Assembly: GCA_030428785.1 (NCBI GenBank)
Contig: JAUIEF010000004.1
Coordinates: 6,074 to 70,073, forward strand
Origin: a bacterium
Lineage (GTDB): Bacteria > Planctomycetota > B15-G4
Direction: 5' to 3'
Length of the DNA stretch: 64,000 nt
Shown in pieces: positions 17,606 through 28,817 of this stretch; positions within the stretch are counted from its first letter, which is position 1; each line of letters begins with the position of its first letter. A program made the position numbers and the translations under genes. The notes beneath the pieces were generated by a model. The model saw only the letters and a list, made by a program, of their open reading frames with translations, had not been told where the DNA came from and made no database searches.

Positions 17606-17716
17606 GAGGTCGCTCCCGCGTCCTGGGGTCCGGTGCCGCGGGCCGCGCGCCCACGGGCGGCCCCACGGGCGGCCATGGTGTCCGGCGAACGGACCGGGAG
17701 CAAGGGCGGACGGGGA

Positions 17717-18292
17717 CTACCCGTCCTCGAGCTTCCCGCTCACGATCCGTCGGTTCTTCTCGGCCGGCGGGAACCCCGGGCGGATCGCGAGCGCCCGGTC
17801 GTAGCTCTCGACGGCCTCCCGATACCGGCCGAGCTCGTGGAGCGCGTTGCCCCGGTCGTAGTGGACGGCGACGAGGTCGACGCGGACGACGTTCCCCTGG
17901 GCATCCGTCGCGGAGACGTCGGCGTGCTCGATCGCCGCGTCGTACGCCTGCACCGCCCGCTCGTAGTCCTCCTGCTTCGCGAAGACGTGCCCGCGGTAGT
18001 AGAGCGCCGTCGCCAGGTCCGGGACGAGCGCCAGGACGCCGTCGTAGTCGGCGAGCGCCTCGTCGAGACGGCCCGTCTGCTCGTACGCGACGCCGCGGTT
18101 GAGGAGCGCGCCGAAGTGCGCGGGGTCCGCGGCGAGCACCGCGTCGAACCGGCGGATCGCGCCGGCGTAGTCACCGCGCTCGAGGCGCGCGTTGCCGTCG
18201 AAGTAGGCGTGGCCGGCGCACGCGGCGAGCGCAGCGACGAGGAGTCCGGCGAGGGCGCGGCCGAGCCGCCGCGGCGTGGGGTCAGGGGTCAT
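17717..18292 (-). CDS. TPR-repeat lipoprotein
   Basis: In-frame ATG at 18292, lipobox LAAC, and four or five TPR units (YDxAI/YDRAL). The ATG overlaps the upstream stop (ATGA). The rest of track ORF 17717..20446 is artefactual. Confidence 0.85.
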   Translation of the reverse strand: MTPDPTPRRLGRALAGLLVAALAACAGHAYFDGNARLERGDYAGAIRRFDAVLAADPAHFGALLNRGVAYEQTGRLDEALADYDGVLALVPDLATALYYRGHVFAKQEDYERAVQAYDAAIEHADVSATDAQGNVVRVDLVAVHYDRGNALHELGRYREAVESYDRALAIRPGFPPAEKNRRIVSGKLEDG

Positions 18293-18657
18293 CGTCCGTC
18301 CTCCGTCGTGGGTGGTTCGTCGCCGGGCGGCGACGGCGGTCCCGGGTGCGCGCCCACGGGTCCGGTCTCCGGCTCCTCGGGGTTGCGCCGGCCGGTGATC
18401 TGCTCGTAGATCGTCAGCGGGAGCAGCAGCGTGTCGGCGACCAGGCTGAACGGCACGTCGAAGATGAGGAGCGCCGCGATGCTGCCCTCGCCTCCCTCCG
18501 AGGCGCCGCCGAACACCGCGGCGACGTCCATGACGGTACCGCTGTAGATCCACGGGCCGTCGTAGCCGGGCATCGTCCGCGAGGCGATCGTGCCGCAGCC
18601 CGTGTGGGCCAGCACGGCGATCACGAGCGCGACGCAGGTCGCCGGGATCCGCTTCAC
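18289..18657 (-). CDS. YceK/YidQ-like small lipoprotein
   Basis: In-frame GTG at 18657 preceded by AGGAGGAGG. Lipobox-like HTGCGTI, with PGYDGPWIYSGT and DVPFSLVADTLLLP motifs. Confidence 0.7.
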   Translation of the reverse strand: MKRIPATCVALVIAVLAHTGCGTIASRTMPGYDGPWIYSGTVMDVAAVFGGASEGGEGSIAALLIFDVPFSLVADTLLLPLTIYEQITGRRNPEEPETGPVGAHPGPPSPPGDEPPTTEDGR

Positions 18658-18859
18658 CGGGCCTCCTCCTTCCGTCCGTGCGTCGCCGGGCGCGGCGGAC
18701 GCGGGCGGGGCAGCATACCAGCCACGCCCGGACGGTCCCGACGCGCTGCCGGAGGCGACGAGGCGCGGCGCGCGATCGGGGATAGACTCTCCGCGGTCGC
18801 ACCCCTTGAGGCGGACTCCCGCGACGGCCGGTCGCCCGGCGCGTCGCCCCCGGCGTGTC

Positions 18860-21034
18860 TTGTCGTCGCTCCCCGTCCTCGCTCCCCGCTCGTCCGCGCG
18901 CTCCGCCCGCCTCGCCACGCTGCTCGCGACGCTGCCCGCCCTCGTGACCTGCGCCGCGCCGCCGCGCGCCGGGCCCGAACCGCGACCGGACATCGTGCTC
19001 GTCGTCGCGGACGACCTCGGGTTCTCGGACCTCGGCTGCACAGGCGGCGAGATCGCGACGCCCGTGCTCGACGCGCTCGCGCGGGAGGGCGTGCTCTTCA
19101 CGCGCTTCGCGACGCAGCCGCGCTGCTGCCCGTCGCGCGCGAGCCTGCTCACCGGGCGTCACCCGCACGCGGTGGACATGGGCTGGATGGCGCACGACGT
19201 CGGCGTCGACGGCTACCGCGGCACGCTCGACCCCGCGGTGCCCACGATCGCGGAGCGGCTGCGCGACGCCGGCTACGGCACGGCGATGGTCGGCAAGTGG
19301 CACCTCGGCGCGTCGCCGACGGACGGTGGCGCGCCCCTCGGCCGACCGCGCGAGCGCGGCTTCGACCGCTTCTTCGGCATGCTCGGCGGCGCGGGCAGCC
19401 ACCACGACCCGCCGTACCTCCTGCTCGACGACACGCCCGTCGCGCCGACGACCGGCTTCCACGCGACGACGGCCTACGTCGACCGCGCGCTCGCGTTCGT
19501 CGACGGGCACCTCGCGCGACGCCCCGACGACCCGCTCTTCCTCTACGTGTCGCTGTCCGCGCCGCACTGGCCCATGCATGCGTCCGACGAGGACATCGCG
19601 CGCTACCGCGGGCGCTACGACGCCGGGTGGGACGTGCTCCGTGAGGCGCGCCGCGTCCGCCAGGTCGACGCGGGCGTCGTCGACCCGGCGTGGGGCCTCG
19701 CGCCGCGCCCGCCCGACGTGCCGGCGTGGGACGACGTCCCCGACCCGCGCTGGCAGGCGTCGCGCATGGAGGTCTACGCCGCGATGGTCGACCGCATGGA
19801 CCGCGAGCTCGGCCGCCTCGTCGAGCACCTCCGAGCGCGCGGTCGGCTCGAGCGCACGCTCTTCGTGTTCCTCTCCGACAACGGCCCGTCCGCGGAGGAG
19901 AATTCGAGTCTCGGTCCCGTGCGTCCGGCACGCCCGCCGCCCACGCCGCTGCGCCTCGCGGACGCGCGCGCGCCGCAGACGCGCATCCGGCCCGCGCTCA
20001 CGCGCGCCGGCGAGCCCGTGCGCACGGGCTACGGCGTCCCGCCCGGTCCGGAGTCGAGCTTCGTCGCCGTGGGTCGCGGCTGGGCGTCGCTCTCCGCGAC
20101 GCCGTTCCGCGGCAGCAAGAGCCGCCTGTACGAGGGCGGCGTCGCGGTGCCGCTCGTCGTGCACTGGCCGGCGGGCACCGTGCGCGCCGGGTCCCTCGAC
20201 CGCACGCCGTGCGACCTGCTCGACCTCTTCGCGACGTTCGTCGACGCCGCGGACGCCGGCGCGCCCGACGACGAGGGCACGAGCCTCCTGCCCGCGCTGC
20301 GCGGCGAGCCCGTCGACGCCGGGCCGTCGTACTGGGAGCACGAGGGGCGGCGCGCGGTACGGCTCGGCGACCGCGTGCTCGTCGCGGACGGAGAGTCCGC
20401 GCCCTGGGAACTCTACGACCTCGCCGCCGACCGCACGCAGCGGCACGACCTCGCGGCGAGCCGGCCGGACGAGGTCGAGACGCTCGCCGCGGCCTGGCAG
20501 GCCTGGGCCGAGCGCAACGACGTCCTGCCGCTCACCCCCTACCGTCGCCTGCCGATGCCCGTGTTCTCGACGGCTCGACGGTTCCGGCTCGCGGAGGGCG
20601 CGACGCTCGGGCGCGAGGCGTCGCCGGACCTGCGCGGCGCCGCCTTCCGCGCGCGCGTGGAGGTCCTGTCGGGCGACGGCGACGGCGTGCTCGTCGCGCA
20701 GGGCGGCGACGCGAACGGCTGGTCGCTGTCCGTCGAGCGCGGACGGCCGGCGTTCGCCGTTCGTCGCGACGAGGAGCTCGTGCTCGTCCGGGCGACGTCA
20801 CCCGTCGCGGCGCCGTTCACCGTGGAGGCCTCGCTCGCGGCGGACGGCGCGGTCGTGCTGCGCGTCGTCGCCGCGCGCGTGCTCGAGGAGCTCGTCGACG
20901 AGGCGGGCGGCACGATCCCGGCCATGCCCGTCGAGGGGCTGCAGGTCGGCCGCGACGACGGCGTGCCCGTGCTCGGCGAGTCCGCGCCGCCGCCGTGGCC
21001 CGGGCGGCTGCGCGTCGAGGTCGAGCTCCGCTGA
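18860..21034 (+). CDS. Arylsulfatase (Cys-type, formylglycine-dependent) with C-terminal LamG/concanavalin-like domain
   Basis: DIVLVVADDLGFSDLGCTGG followed by the CCPSRASLLTGR sulfatase signature. The last roughly 240 aa look like a lectin/LamG fold. The start is uncertain: in-frame TTG at 18860 or at 18806, and the track start 18590 overlaps the divergent gene. Confidence 0.85.
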   Translation: MSSLPVLAPRSSARSARLATLLATLPALVTCAAPPRAGPEPRPDIVLVVADDLGFSDLGCTGGEIATPVLDALAREGVLFTRFATQPRCCPSRASLLTGRHPHAVDMGWMAHDVGVDGYRGTLDPAVPTIAERLRDAGYGTAMVGKWHLGASPTDGGAPLGRPRERGFDRFFGMLGGAGSHHDPPYLLLDDTPVAPTTGFHATTAYVDRALAFVDGHLARRPDDPLFLYVSLSAPHWPMHASDEDIARYRGRYDAGWDVLREARRVRQVDAGVVDPAWGLAPRPPDVPAWDDVPDPRWQASRMEVYAAMVDRMDRELGRLVEHLRARGRLERTLFVFLSDNGPSAEENSSLGPVRPARPPPTPLRLADARAPQTRIRPALTRAGEPVRTGYGVPPGPESSFVAVGRGWASLSATPFRGSKSRLYEGGVAVPLVVHWPAGTVRAGSLDRTPCDLLDLFATFVDAADAGAPDDEGTSLLPALRGEPVDAGPSYWEHEGRRAVRLGDRVLVADGESAPWELYDLAADRTQRHDLAASRPDEVETLAAAWQAWAERNDVLPLTPYRRLPMPVFSTARRFRLAEGATLGREASPDLRGAAFRARVEVLSGDGDGVLVAQGGDANGWSLSVERGRPAFAVRRDEELVLVRATSPVAAPFTVEASLAADGAVVLRVVAARVLEELVDEAGGTIPAMPVEGLQVGRDDGVPVLGESAPPPWPGRLRVEVELR

Positions 21035-21167
21035 CGCGCGCCGGCCGCGCGGCTCAGGACGCGTCGTCGAGCTCCGCTGTCGGACGCGCCGGCCGCGCGG
21101 CTCAGGACTCGTCGTCGAGCTCCGCTGTCGGGCACGCCGGTCGCGCGGCTCAGTACACGTCGTCGAG
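21014..21167. repeat. About 3.2 copies of a 46-48-bp tandem repeat spanning the convergent gene junction
   Basis: tcgagctccgctg recurs at 21021, 21067 and 21115. gtcgtcgag recurs at 21063, 21111 and 21159. Each unit carries the palindrome gccgcgcggc (variant in the third unit) and gctcag(g/t)ac. Confidence 0.85.
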
Positions 21168-22463
21168 GACCACCGTGAGCGCGCCGTCGGCGAGGCGCAG
21201 GGTCGCGCCGTTCAACACGGGCTGGATCATGGCGTGCACGACGTCGACGCCGGTGACCGGCGGCGCGCCGACGGAGAGCGCGAGCGCGCCGCTCGGCGGG
21301 ACGAGCCCGATGAAGCGCACGCCGACGAAGGGCTGCGCGACGAGCAGCGTGCCGGGCGACGCGCCGAGGTCGCCCCACGCGGGCTCGACGCCGAAGATCG
21401 CCCAGACCGCGTCGCCGGGCGCGCCCGTCACCGTCGCGGAGAGCGTGTCCGACTCGCGCGCGACCGCCGTCGACGCGAACGGCAGCGCCGGGCCGGGGAG
21501 CACGTCGACCGGCGTGCCGAGCGGCGAGATGTCGTCGCCGGCCGGCGGCGACGCGCCGCATGGGGACCCCGAGTAGACGCCGGGCGGCCCGCCCGCGACG
21601 GGCGTGTCGACGAGCCGGACGGTCGAGGGGGCGCCCGTCGCCACGAGCCCCTCGCCGCCGCGTCGCGCGGGGATGCACGGCACGAGGAAGCCCGTCGTGC
21701 CGTCGCCGCCCTGCCCGCCGGTGATCGACCCGCCGGTCGCGAGCAGCACCGCGTCGTCGACGACGACGCCCGCCGAGCCGACGGTCGACGGCATGAACTC
21801 GGTGAACGCGTCGAAGCCGTCGTAGCCGTCCGCGCCGCGCAGCGTGCACGCGTGCAGCGACACCGACGAGCGCTCGACCCGCAGCGCGGGCGACGTCTGC
21901 CCGGCGGTCTGCGAGGCGTAGTCGTCGACGAGCCGGCCGACGAGCGTGCTGCGCACGAGCGCGACGCCGGCGCTGTCGCGCACGACGACCTGCGGCTCGG
22001 GCGGGATGGACGAGAAGGCCGCGACGCCGCTGAGCCCCGTCCAGTCGACGACGGCGTCCTGGAGCAGCACCGTGCCCGCGCAGTCCGCGATCGTGAGCAT
22101 CGCGCGGTGGTCGGACGTCTCGCCGAAGAACGACGAGAGGTTCACGATGGAGACCGTGCCGCCGACGGGCAGGTTGCGCACCTCGAGACGCTCGACGTTC
22201 ACGGACGCGCCCTCGTCGAACACGAGGAACAGGCCCTTGCCGTCGATGACGGCCGAGCCGTAGAGGCCGTCGCGGACGTGGACCGTGTCGCCGTCCGCCG
22301 CGGCGTCGATGCCGGACTGGAGCGTCTGGTGCGAGTGCCCGGACGCCGGGTTCACGACGTGGACCGAGCCCTGCGCGGCGACGCTCGCCGCGGCGAGCAG
22401 CAGCGCGAGCGCGGGAAGGACGCGGCGGGACGGGCGCAGGGGACGGCGGAACGCGGGTCGCAT
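21150..22463 (-). CDS. Secreted right-handed beta-helix (pectate-lyase-fold-like) protein
   Basis: In-frame ATG at 22463 with signal peptide MRPAFRRPLRPSRRVLPALALLLAAASVAAQ. The N-terminus SGIDAAADGDTVHVRDGLY is typical of PbH1 proteins. The C-terminal roughly 110 aa weakly resemble the shared module described in the findings. Confidence 0.75.
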   Translation of the reverse strand: MRPAFRRPLRPSRRVLPALALLLAAASVAAQGSVHVVNPASGHSHQTLQSGIDAAADGDTVHVRDGLYGSAVIDGKGLFLVFDEGASVNVERLEVRNLPVGGTVSIVNLSSFFGETSDHRAMLTIADCAGTVLLQDAVVDWTGLSGVAAFSSIPPEPQVVVRDSAGVALVRSTLVGRLVDDYASQTAGQTSPALRVERSSVSLHACTLRGADGYDGFDAFTEFMPSTVGSAGVVVDDAVLLATGGSITGGQGGDGTTGFLVPCIPARRGGEGLVATGAPSTVRLVDTPVAGGPPGVYSGSPCGASPPAGDDISPLGTPVDVLPGPALPFASTAVARESDTLSATVTGAPGDAVWAIFGVEPAWGDLGASPGTLLVAQPFVGVRFIGLVPPSGALALSVGAPPVTGVDVVHAMIQPVLNGATLRLADGALTVVLDDVY

Positions 22464-22711
22464 GGCGGGCTCCGGGGCGGTGCGTCGGGTGTCGGCGACG
22501 GGCGGAGCCGATCGTACACCGGCCCGGGCGACGCGGGGCGCGGAGGTGCCGACGTGCTCCGCGTCGCGACGCTCGTGAGCGCCGGGTGAACGCCGCGTGA
22601 CCAGACACCGCGCGCGCCGGAGGGATGCTGGATCGCACCGGGCGGCGAACGCCCCGTAGAATGCGGGCTCTCCGCGACCCGCTGCGACCCCGGACCGAGG
22701 ACGAGACACCG

Positions 22712-24724
<2,013 letters not shown>

Positions 24725-24746
24725 TCGCGGCTAGCCGCGCGCGCCC

Positions 24747-26225
24747 TCACGGCGCGCGCGAGCGCAGGCCGTTCGTCGCCGCGTAGCCGTAGAAGGCCGC
24801 CGGGTCCGGCATCCACGCCTGCCAGAAGAGCGAGGCGCCCGACGGCAGACCCGGCGGGAAGCTCGTCCCGACGACGAGCCCGCCCGCCGCGTCGAGCGGG
24901 AAGGCGACGACGGCGTCCGGGCTCGGCACGAGCTTGCCGCCCAGGAACGGGATGCCGAGCGCGACCGTGCCCGCGATGACGTACGCCTGGCCCGACGGCG
25001 GGCCGTCCGTGATCGTCAACGAGATCGGGCTCCCGGGGATGAGCGAGCCGCAGCCCGTGAGCGTCGGGACGCCCTGCGTGCCGACGAGCCCCGTGGGGAT
25101 CGACGACCAGGGGTCGGGCAGCGCGGAGCCCGTGACGTCGAGCAGGAACTCCATCGCGTCGCACGCGACGGTCTCCGCGAGCGCCGCCGGCAGCACGACG
25201 TCCGCGAGGCCGCTCGGGTCCGACGCGGTGTCCTGCAGCACGAGCCGAGTCCCCGGCACCTGCGCCTTCCACGCGAAGCCGGACCACGCGCTGTGCGGGT
25301 CGGCCTCCGAGTCCGTGTCGTACGGCGGCGCGAGGTACGCGGACCCGACGCTCGACGTGTCGTACTCCAGCCACAGCGGGAGCGCCTGCGTCTGCGCGGC
25401 CACCGCCGGGTCGAGCCCGAACCCGAGCGGGCTCGCCTCGAGCAGCCAGGCCGGGTCCGTGTCGGAGAGCTCGATCGCGAGCTGGTCGTAGCCGCCGGGC
25501 TGCGCCACGGGGAAGTGCCAGGCGTTGAACATCGCGGGCGGCTTCGACTGCGCGAACACCGGCCACCACGTCGCGCAGTCCTCGAGCAGACCGCCCGCGA
25601 GGTGCGTGTCCATCGTCTCCTGGCCCTGCGGGTTCGCCCAGAGGCCCGAGCGATCCGGCCCGACGAGGCACCACATCCACACGAGCGCGCTCGCGCTCAC
25701 GCCGCGCGCGACGAGGCGGTCGGGATCGATGCCGAGCAACGACGCGTTCCACTTGAGGTGCTGCACGAGCATGACCGCGTCCTTCTGCGGCATGGGACGC
25801 AGCGGGTCGAGGTAGGGCGCGACGCTGCCGGAGTAGCCGGGCGGCACGCCGGCGCCGGGCGGGAGGAAGACGCCGTTGCCCGGGTAGGTCACCGGGTTGC
25901 CGGTGCCCGGTCCGCGCACGATCGTGCAGGTCGCGGACACGACGGCGATGCCCGCCTCGAGCGCGTCGTGGAGCACGCCGTCGTCGTCGGCGATGAACGG
26001 CAGCAGGTCGGAGCGGTTGAAGCCCTTGAGGCTCAGGTCGACGAGCACCGGGTAGCCGCCGGGCGGCGGCGATGTCTGCGGCAGGTAGAGCCGGTAGCGC
26101 TGGAGCGGGTGCGGCGCGGGGACGGACGGACCGGCGTAGCTGAACGGACCGGCGCTGGGCGTGTAGACGGTCTGCGCCCCGCAGACCCCCGCGAGGGTCA
26201 GCAGGACGGCGAGGCAGGCGCGCAT
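24747..26225 (-). CDS. Secreted alpha/beta-hydrolase-like protein with shared C-terminal module
   Basis: Signal peptide MRACLAVLLTLAGVCGAQ. The esterase-like core has YPVLVDL and RLVARGVSASALV (a GxSxS nucleophile-elbow-like motif). The hydrolase assignment is tentative. Confidence 0.7.
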   Translation of the reverse strand: MRACLAVLLTLAGVCGAQTVYTPSAGPFSYAGPSVPAPHPLQRYRLYLPQTSPPPGGYPVLVDLSLKGFNRSDLLPFIADDDGVLHDALEAGIAVVSATCTIVRGPGTGNPVTYPGNGVFLPPGAGVPPGYSGSVAPYLDPLRPMPQKDAVMLVQHLKWNASLLGIDPDRLVARGVSASALVWMWCLVGPDRSGLWANPQGQETMDTHLAGGLLEDCATWWPVFAQSKPPAMFNAWHFPVAQPGGYDQLAIELSDTDPAWLLEASPLGFGLDPAVAAQTQALPLWLEYDTSSVGSAYLAPPYDTDSEADPHSAWSGFAWKAQVPGTRLVLQDTASDPSGLADVVLPAALAETVACDAMEFLLDVTGSALPDPWSSIPTGLVGTQGVPTLTGCGSLIPGSPISLTITDGPPSGQAYVIAGTVALGIPFLGGKLVPSPDAVVAFPLDAAGGLVVGTSFPPGLPSGASLFWQAWMPDPAAFYGYAATNGLRSRAP

Positions 26226-26371
26226 GGGTGTCGGCTCGGTCGGGGTGGACCGTGCCCGGGCAGGGGCACCGTCGGGCGGCGGTGGAGGGGGTGCCCGCGG
26301 CGTCGGCGCGGCGACGCGCGCGGGGTGGGCAAGTCTCGCGCGGGACGCGCGCGGCGTGCAACCGGCGGCGG

Positions 26372-26396
26372 GCCGGGGAGTTGCGCGGTCCCCGGC
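26372..26396 (-). terminator. Stem-loop immediately downstream of the PqiA-family gene
   Basis: Stem gccgggga/tccccggc (8 bp) with a 9-nt loop, abutting the stop codon at 26397-26399. There is no U tract. Confidence 0.35.
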
Positions 26397-27374
26397 TCAG
26401 CCGTCGGCGCGGGCCTCGGCGCGCACCCCGTCCTCGCGCCCGCCCCGCGTGAGCAGCCAGCCGTCGAGCCACCCGAGCACCCCGGCCGCGAGCACGAGGT
26501 ACATCCCGGCCAGCGCGCGCGCCGTCGTGAGCTCGTCGAGCTTCACGAGCACGACGAGCAGCCCGAGCGCGAAGACGTCGAGCATCGCCCACGCGCCGAG
26601 CGCGAGCGCGAGCCGCGCGCCGCGGCAGGTCTCCCCCGGCAGCCAGCGGAAGCGCAGCAGCAGGAGCGCGCGCACCGCCGGGACGCCCAGCACGAAGACC
26701 GCGAGCGCGACCGCGAGGAGCGCCTCGCCGTCGGTGAGCAGCTGCCGCGTCGAGCCGACGAGCGCGAACTCGTTGTGGAACAGCATCGCCTTGCGCACGT
26801 CCAGCACGGGGAGCACGCACGCCGCCGCGAGCGTCGCCGCCGACGCGGTCGACAACCAGCGACCGCCCGCGCCGCCGCGCTCGAGGGTGCGCGCGCGGTG
26901 ACCGTCCGGCTCGTTCATGCGCACGACGAGGTGGCAGCACACCATGGAGAGCAGGACGGTCGCGCCGAACAGGTGGATGCCCGGCTCCGAATCCGCGTTC
27001 GCGATGAGCCCGAGGCGGATCGATCCGACGAAGGCCGTCACGATGAACACGTCGAGCATCGACCACTTGCCGTAGCGGTCGAGGAAGCGCGTCACGCGCG
27101 ACCTCGTCGCGGGCCGCCCGAGGTCCGTGAGCATGACGCCGAGCACGACGAGCTTGAGCGCGGGAAACACCGCCGAGAACAGGAGGATGAGCGGCGCGAG
27201 GATCCAGTTGCCGTCGTCCCACATGCTGCGGACGCCGGTGAGGATCGAGTAGACCTCCGGGTCCGATGCGACCCGACGGAAGGTCACCGTGGGCAGCGTC
27301 AGGCCGTACGCGAGGCCGACCGCGCAGGTCAGCAACAGCACGACGACGGCGGCTCGGGATCCGCGGGAGGACAT
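26397..27374 (-). CDS. Paraquat-inducible protein A (PqiA) family integral membrane protein, two PqiA repeats
   Basis: Motifs SMWDDGNWILAPLILLFSAVFPALKL and KWSMLDVFIVT, with a second half carrying WAMLDVFALGLLV. The internal ATG at 27374 is preferred over the TTG at 27386. Confidence 0.8.
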   Translation of the reverse strand: MSSRGSRAAVVVLLLTCAVGLAYGLTLPTVTFRRVASDPEVYSILTGVRSMWDDGNWILAPLILLFSAVFPALKLVVLGVMLTDLGRPATRSRVTRFLDRYGKWSMLDVFIVTAFVGSIRLGLIANADSEPGIHLFGATVLLSMVCCHLVVRMNEPDGHRARTLERGGAGGRWLSTASAATLAAACVLPVLDVRKAMLFHNEFALVGSTRQLLTDGEALLAVALAVFVLGVPAVRALLLLRFRWLPGETCRGARLALALGAWAMLDVFALGLLVVLVKLDELTTARALAGMYLVLAAGVLGWLDGWLLTRGGREDGVRAEARADG

Positions 27375-27482
27375 CTCCGGATTCAAGACGCCGCGCGCGG
27401 GGTCGTCAAGTCGCTAGACTCGTCGCGCGCGACCGGGCGTTCGGGACCCGGCGCGCACGCACCTCCCACGGGAAGAGAACCC

Positions 27483-28085
27483 ATGTCCATCGCTCGTCGT
27501 CCGTTCGCGCCCCTGGCGCTCGCGTTCGTGCTCCTCGCCGGCCTCGCGGCCGACACCTCCGCCCAGGTCCTCGACGGTCAGTGGTTCAAGCTGCGCGTCC
27601 AGGGGCGCGGCGTCGGCCTCACCGACGAGGTCTCCAAGGCCAAGCTCTCGTTCACCATGTACATGTTCCTCGAGGCCTCGCCCGGCGACGGCGGTCTCTC
27701 CGAGAACACCTACGACGTCACCTTCTTCTACGAGCAGAGCCCCGGCGAGTGGGCGCAGGTCGACGGCGGGATCGAGGGCGGCCCGGAGCAGCTGGACATC
27801 GAAGGCGACGAGTACATGCACATCACGCAGTCGCGCTTCCTCGACAACGACGCGGGCGTCCCCGACGCGGAGGGGAGCTTCCTCGTCGGCTTCGACGGCA
27901 TCTGGACCGCGCTCTTCAAGGTGAAGACCGACAAGGAGGGCGGCTTCAAGAAGGCCACCTTCAAGAGCCTCGGCGGCGCGATCGCCGACGGCGGCCTGTC
28001 GGACGGCGCGGGCTTCGGCGGCGGCTTCACGGTCAAGGGCAAGTCCGTGCCGCTGTCCAAGGTGCCGTTCGCCGACGAGCTCTGA
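27483..28085 (+). CDS. Secreted hypothetical protein (200 aa)
   Basis: ATG at 27483 inside track ORF 25293..28085. Purine-rich GGAAGAG upstream. Signal peptide MSIARRPFAPLALAFVLLAGLAADTSAQ. No family recognised. Confidence 0.7.
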   Translation: MSIARRPFAPLALAFVLLAGLAADTSAQVLDGQWFKLRVQGRGVGLTDEVSKAKLSFTMYMFLEASPGDGGLSENTYDVTFFYEQSPGEWAQVDGGIEGGPEQLDIEGDEYMHITQSRFLDNDAGVPDAEGSFLVGFDGIWTALFKVKTDKEGGFKKATFKSLGGAIADGGLSDGAGFGGGFTVKGKSVPLSKVPFADEL

Positions 28086-28110
28086 CCGCGCGACGCCGGA
28101 CGGGGCGCGT

Positions 28111-28737
28111 TCAGCCCGCGGGCCAGAGGTGGATGACGACGATCGCGAGGGCCGTCCAGGCCGCCGCGAGCGCCGCCTCGACGAGCCCCGTCCGGCGCAG
28201 CTCGGCACGCGACGCGACGCGTCGCGCGTCGAGCGCGCGCCTCAACCGCCAGGTGCGCCACACGAAGAACGGCGTGAGCAGCAGGCCGAGCAGCCAGCCC
28301 TCGCGCGCCGTGCCGCCGCCCGCGCACGCGGCGGACGGCGCCGCGACGGCGAGCGCGGCGACGGCGAAGCAGAGCGCGAGCGGCGACTGGAAGCCGCGTC
28401 GCACGCCGAACCACCCCGCGAGCGCGGCGGGGAACAGCGCGACGAGCGCGTAGGCCAGGAACGCCGGGTCCGCGCCCGCGGCGATCGCGGCCCACGGGGC
28501 GCCCGTCGCGAGAAGGAGCCCGGAGACGGCGCGTCGACGCCACGTCGGCCGGGGGACGAGCGCCGCCGCGCTCGTGAGCAGGAACACGCCCGCGTACCCG
28601 AGGCCCGCGAGCAGCGCCGGCACGAAGCCCTGCCCCGCCACGGCGAGCGCGCCCGCCAGGACGGACACGCCCAGGTAGACCCACGCGCCGTGCGCGCGGG
28701 CGGGATCGGGGATGCGTCGGGCGAGCAGCGCGGTCAT
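28111..28737 (-). CDS. Polytopic membrane protein (YwiC-like by eye)
   Basis: Six hydrophobic segments. The N-terminal HGAWVYLGV motif resembles the YwiC family. Confidence 0.6.
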   Translation of the reverse strand: MTALLARRIPDPARAHGAWVYLGVSVLAGALAVAGQGFVPALLAGLGYAGVFLLTSAAALVPRPTWRRRAVSGLLLATGAPWAAIAAGADPAFLAYALVALFPAALAGWFGVRRGFQSPLALCFAVAALAVAAPSAACAGGGTAREGWLLGLLLTPFFVWRTWRLRRALDARRVASRAELRRTGLVEAALAAAWTALAIVVIHLWPAG

Positions 28738-28817
28738 GGCGCCGACATCGTGCGGCCTGCGGGCCCGCGGAGCGAGCCCCGGTCCGCGCGCGGTTCCTCC
28801 GGGCCCGCCGCGCGGGC

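Noticed and set aside
17717-20446. A 909-aa minus-strand ORF covering the sulfatase region.
   Set aside because: Only its last 191 aa (a TPR lipoprotein) look real. The remainder is antisense to the sulfatase and YceK-like genes and is Arg/Ala/Gly-rich.
21014-21167. Possible CRISPR array.
   Set aside because: The units are directly adjacent with no unique spacers. There are only about 3 copies, no cas genes, and the units are copies of the flanking gene ends.
22657-22662. A TAGAAT -10-like hexamer upstream of the PKD/FG-GAP gene, considered as a promoter feature.
   Set aside because: No acceptable -35 element lies at 16-19 nt spacing. A single hexamer is insufficient evidence.
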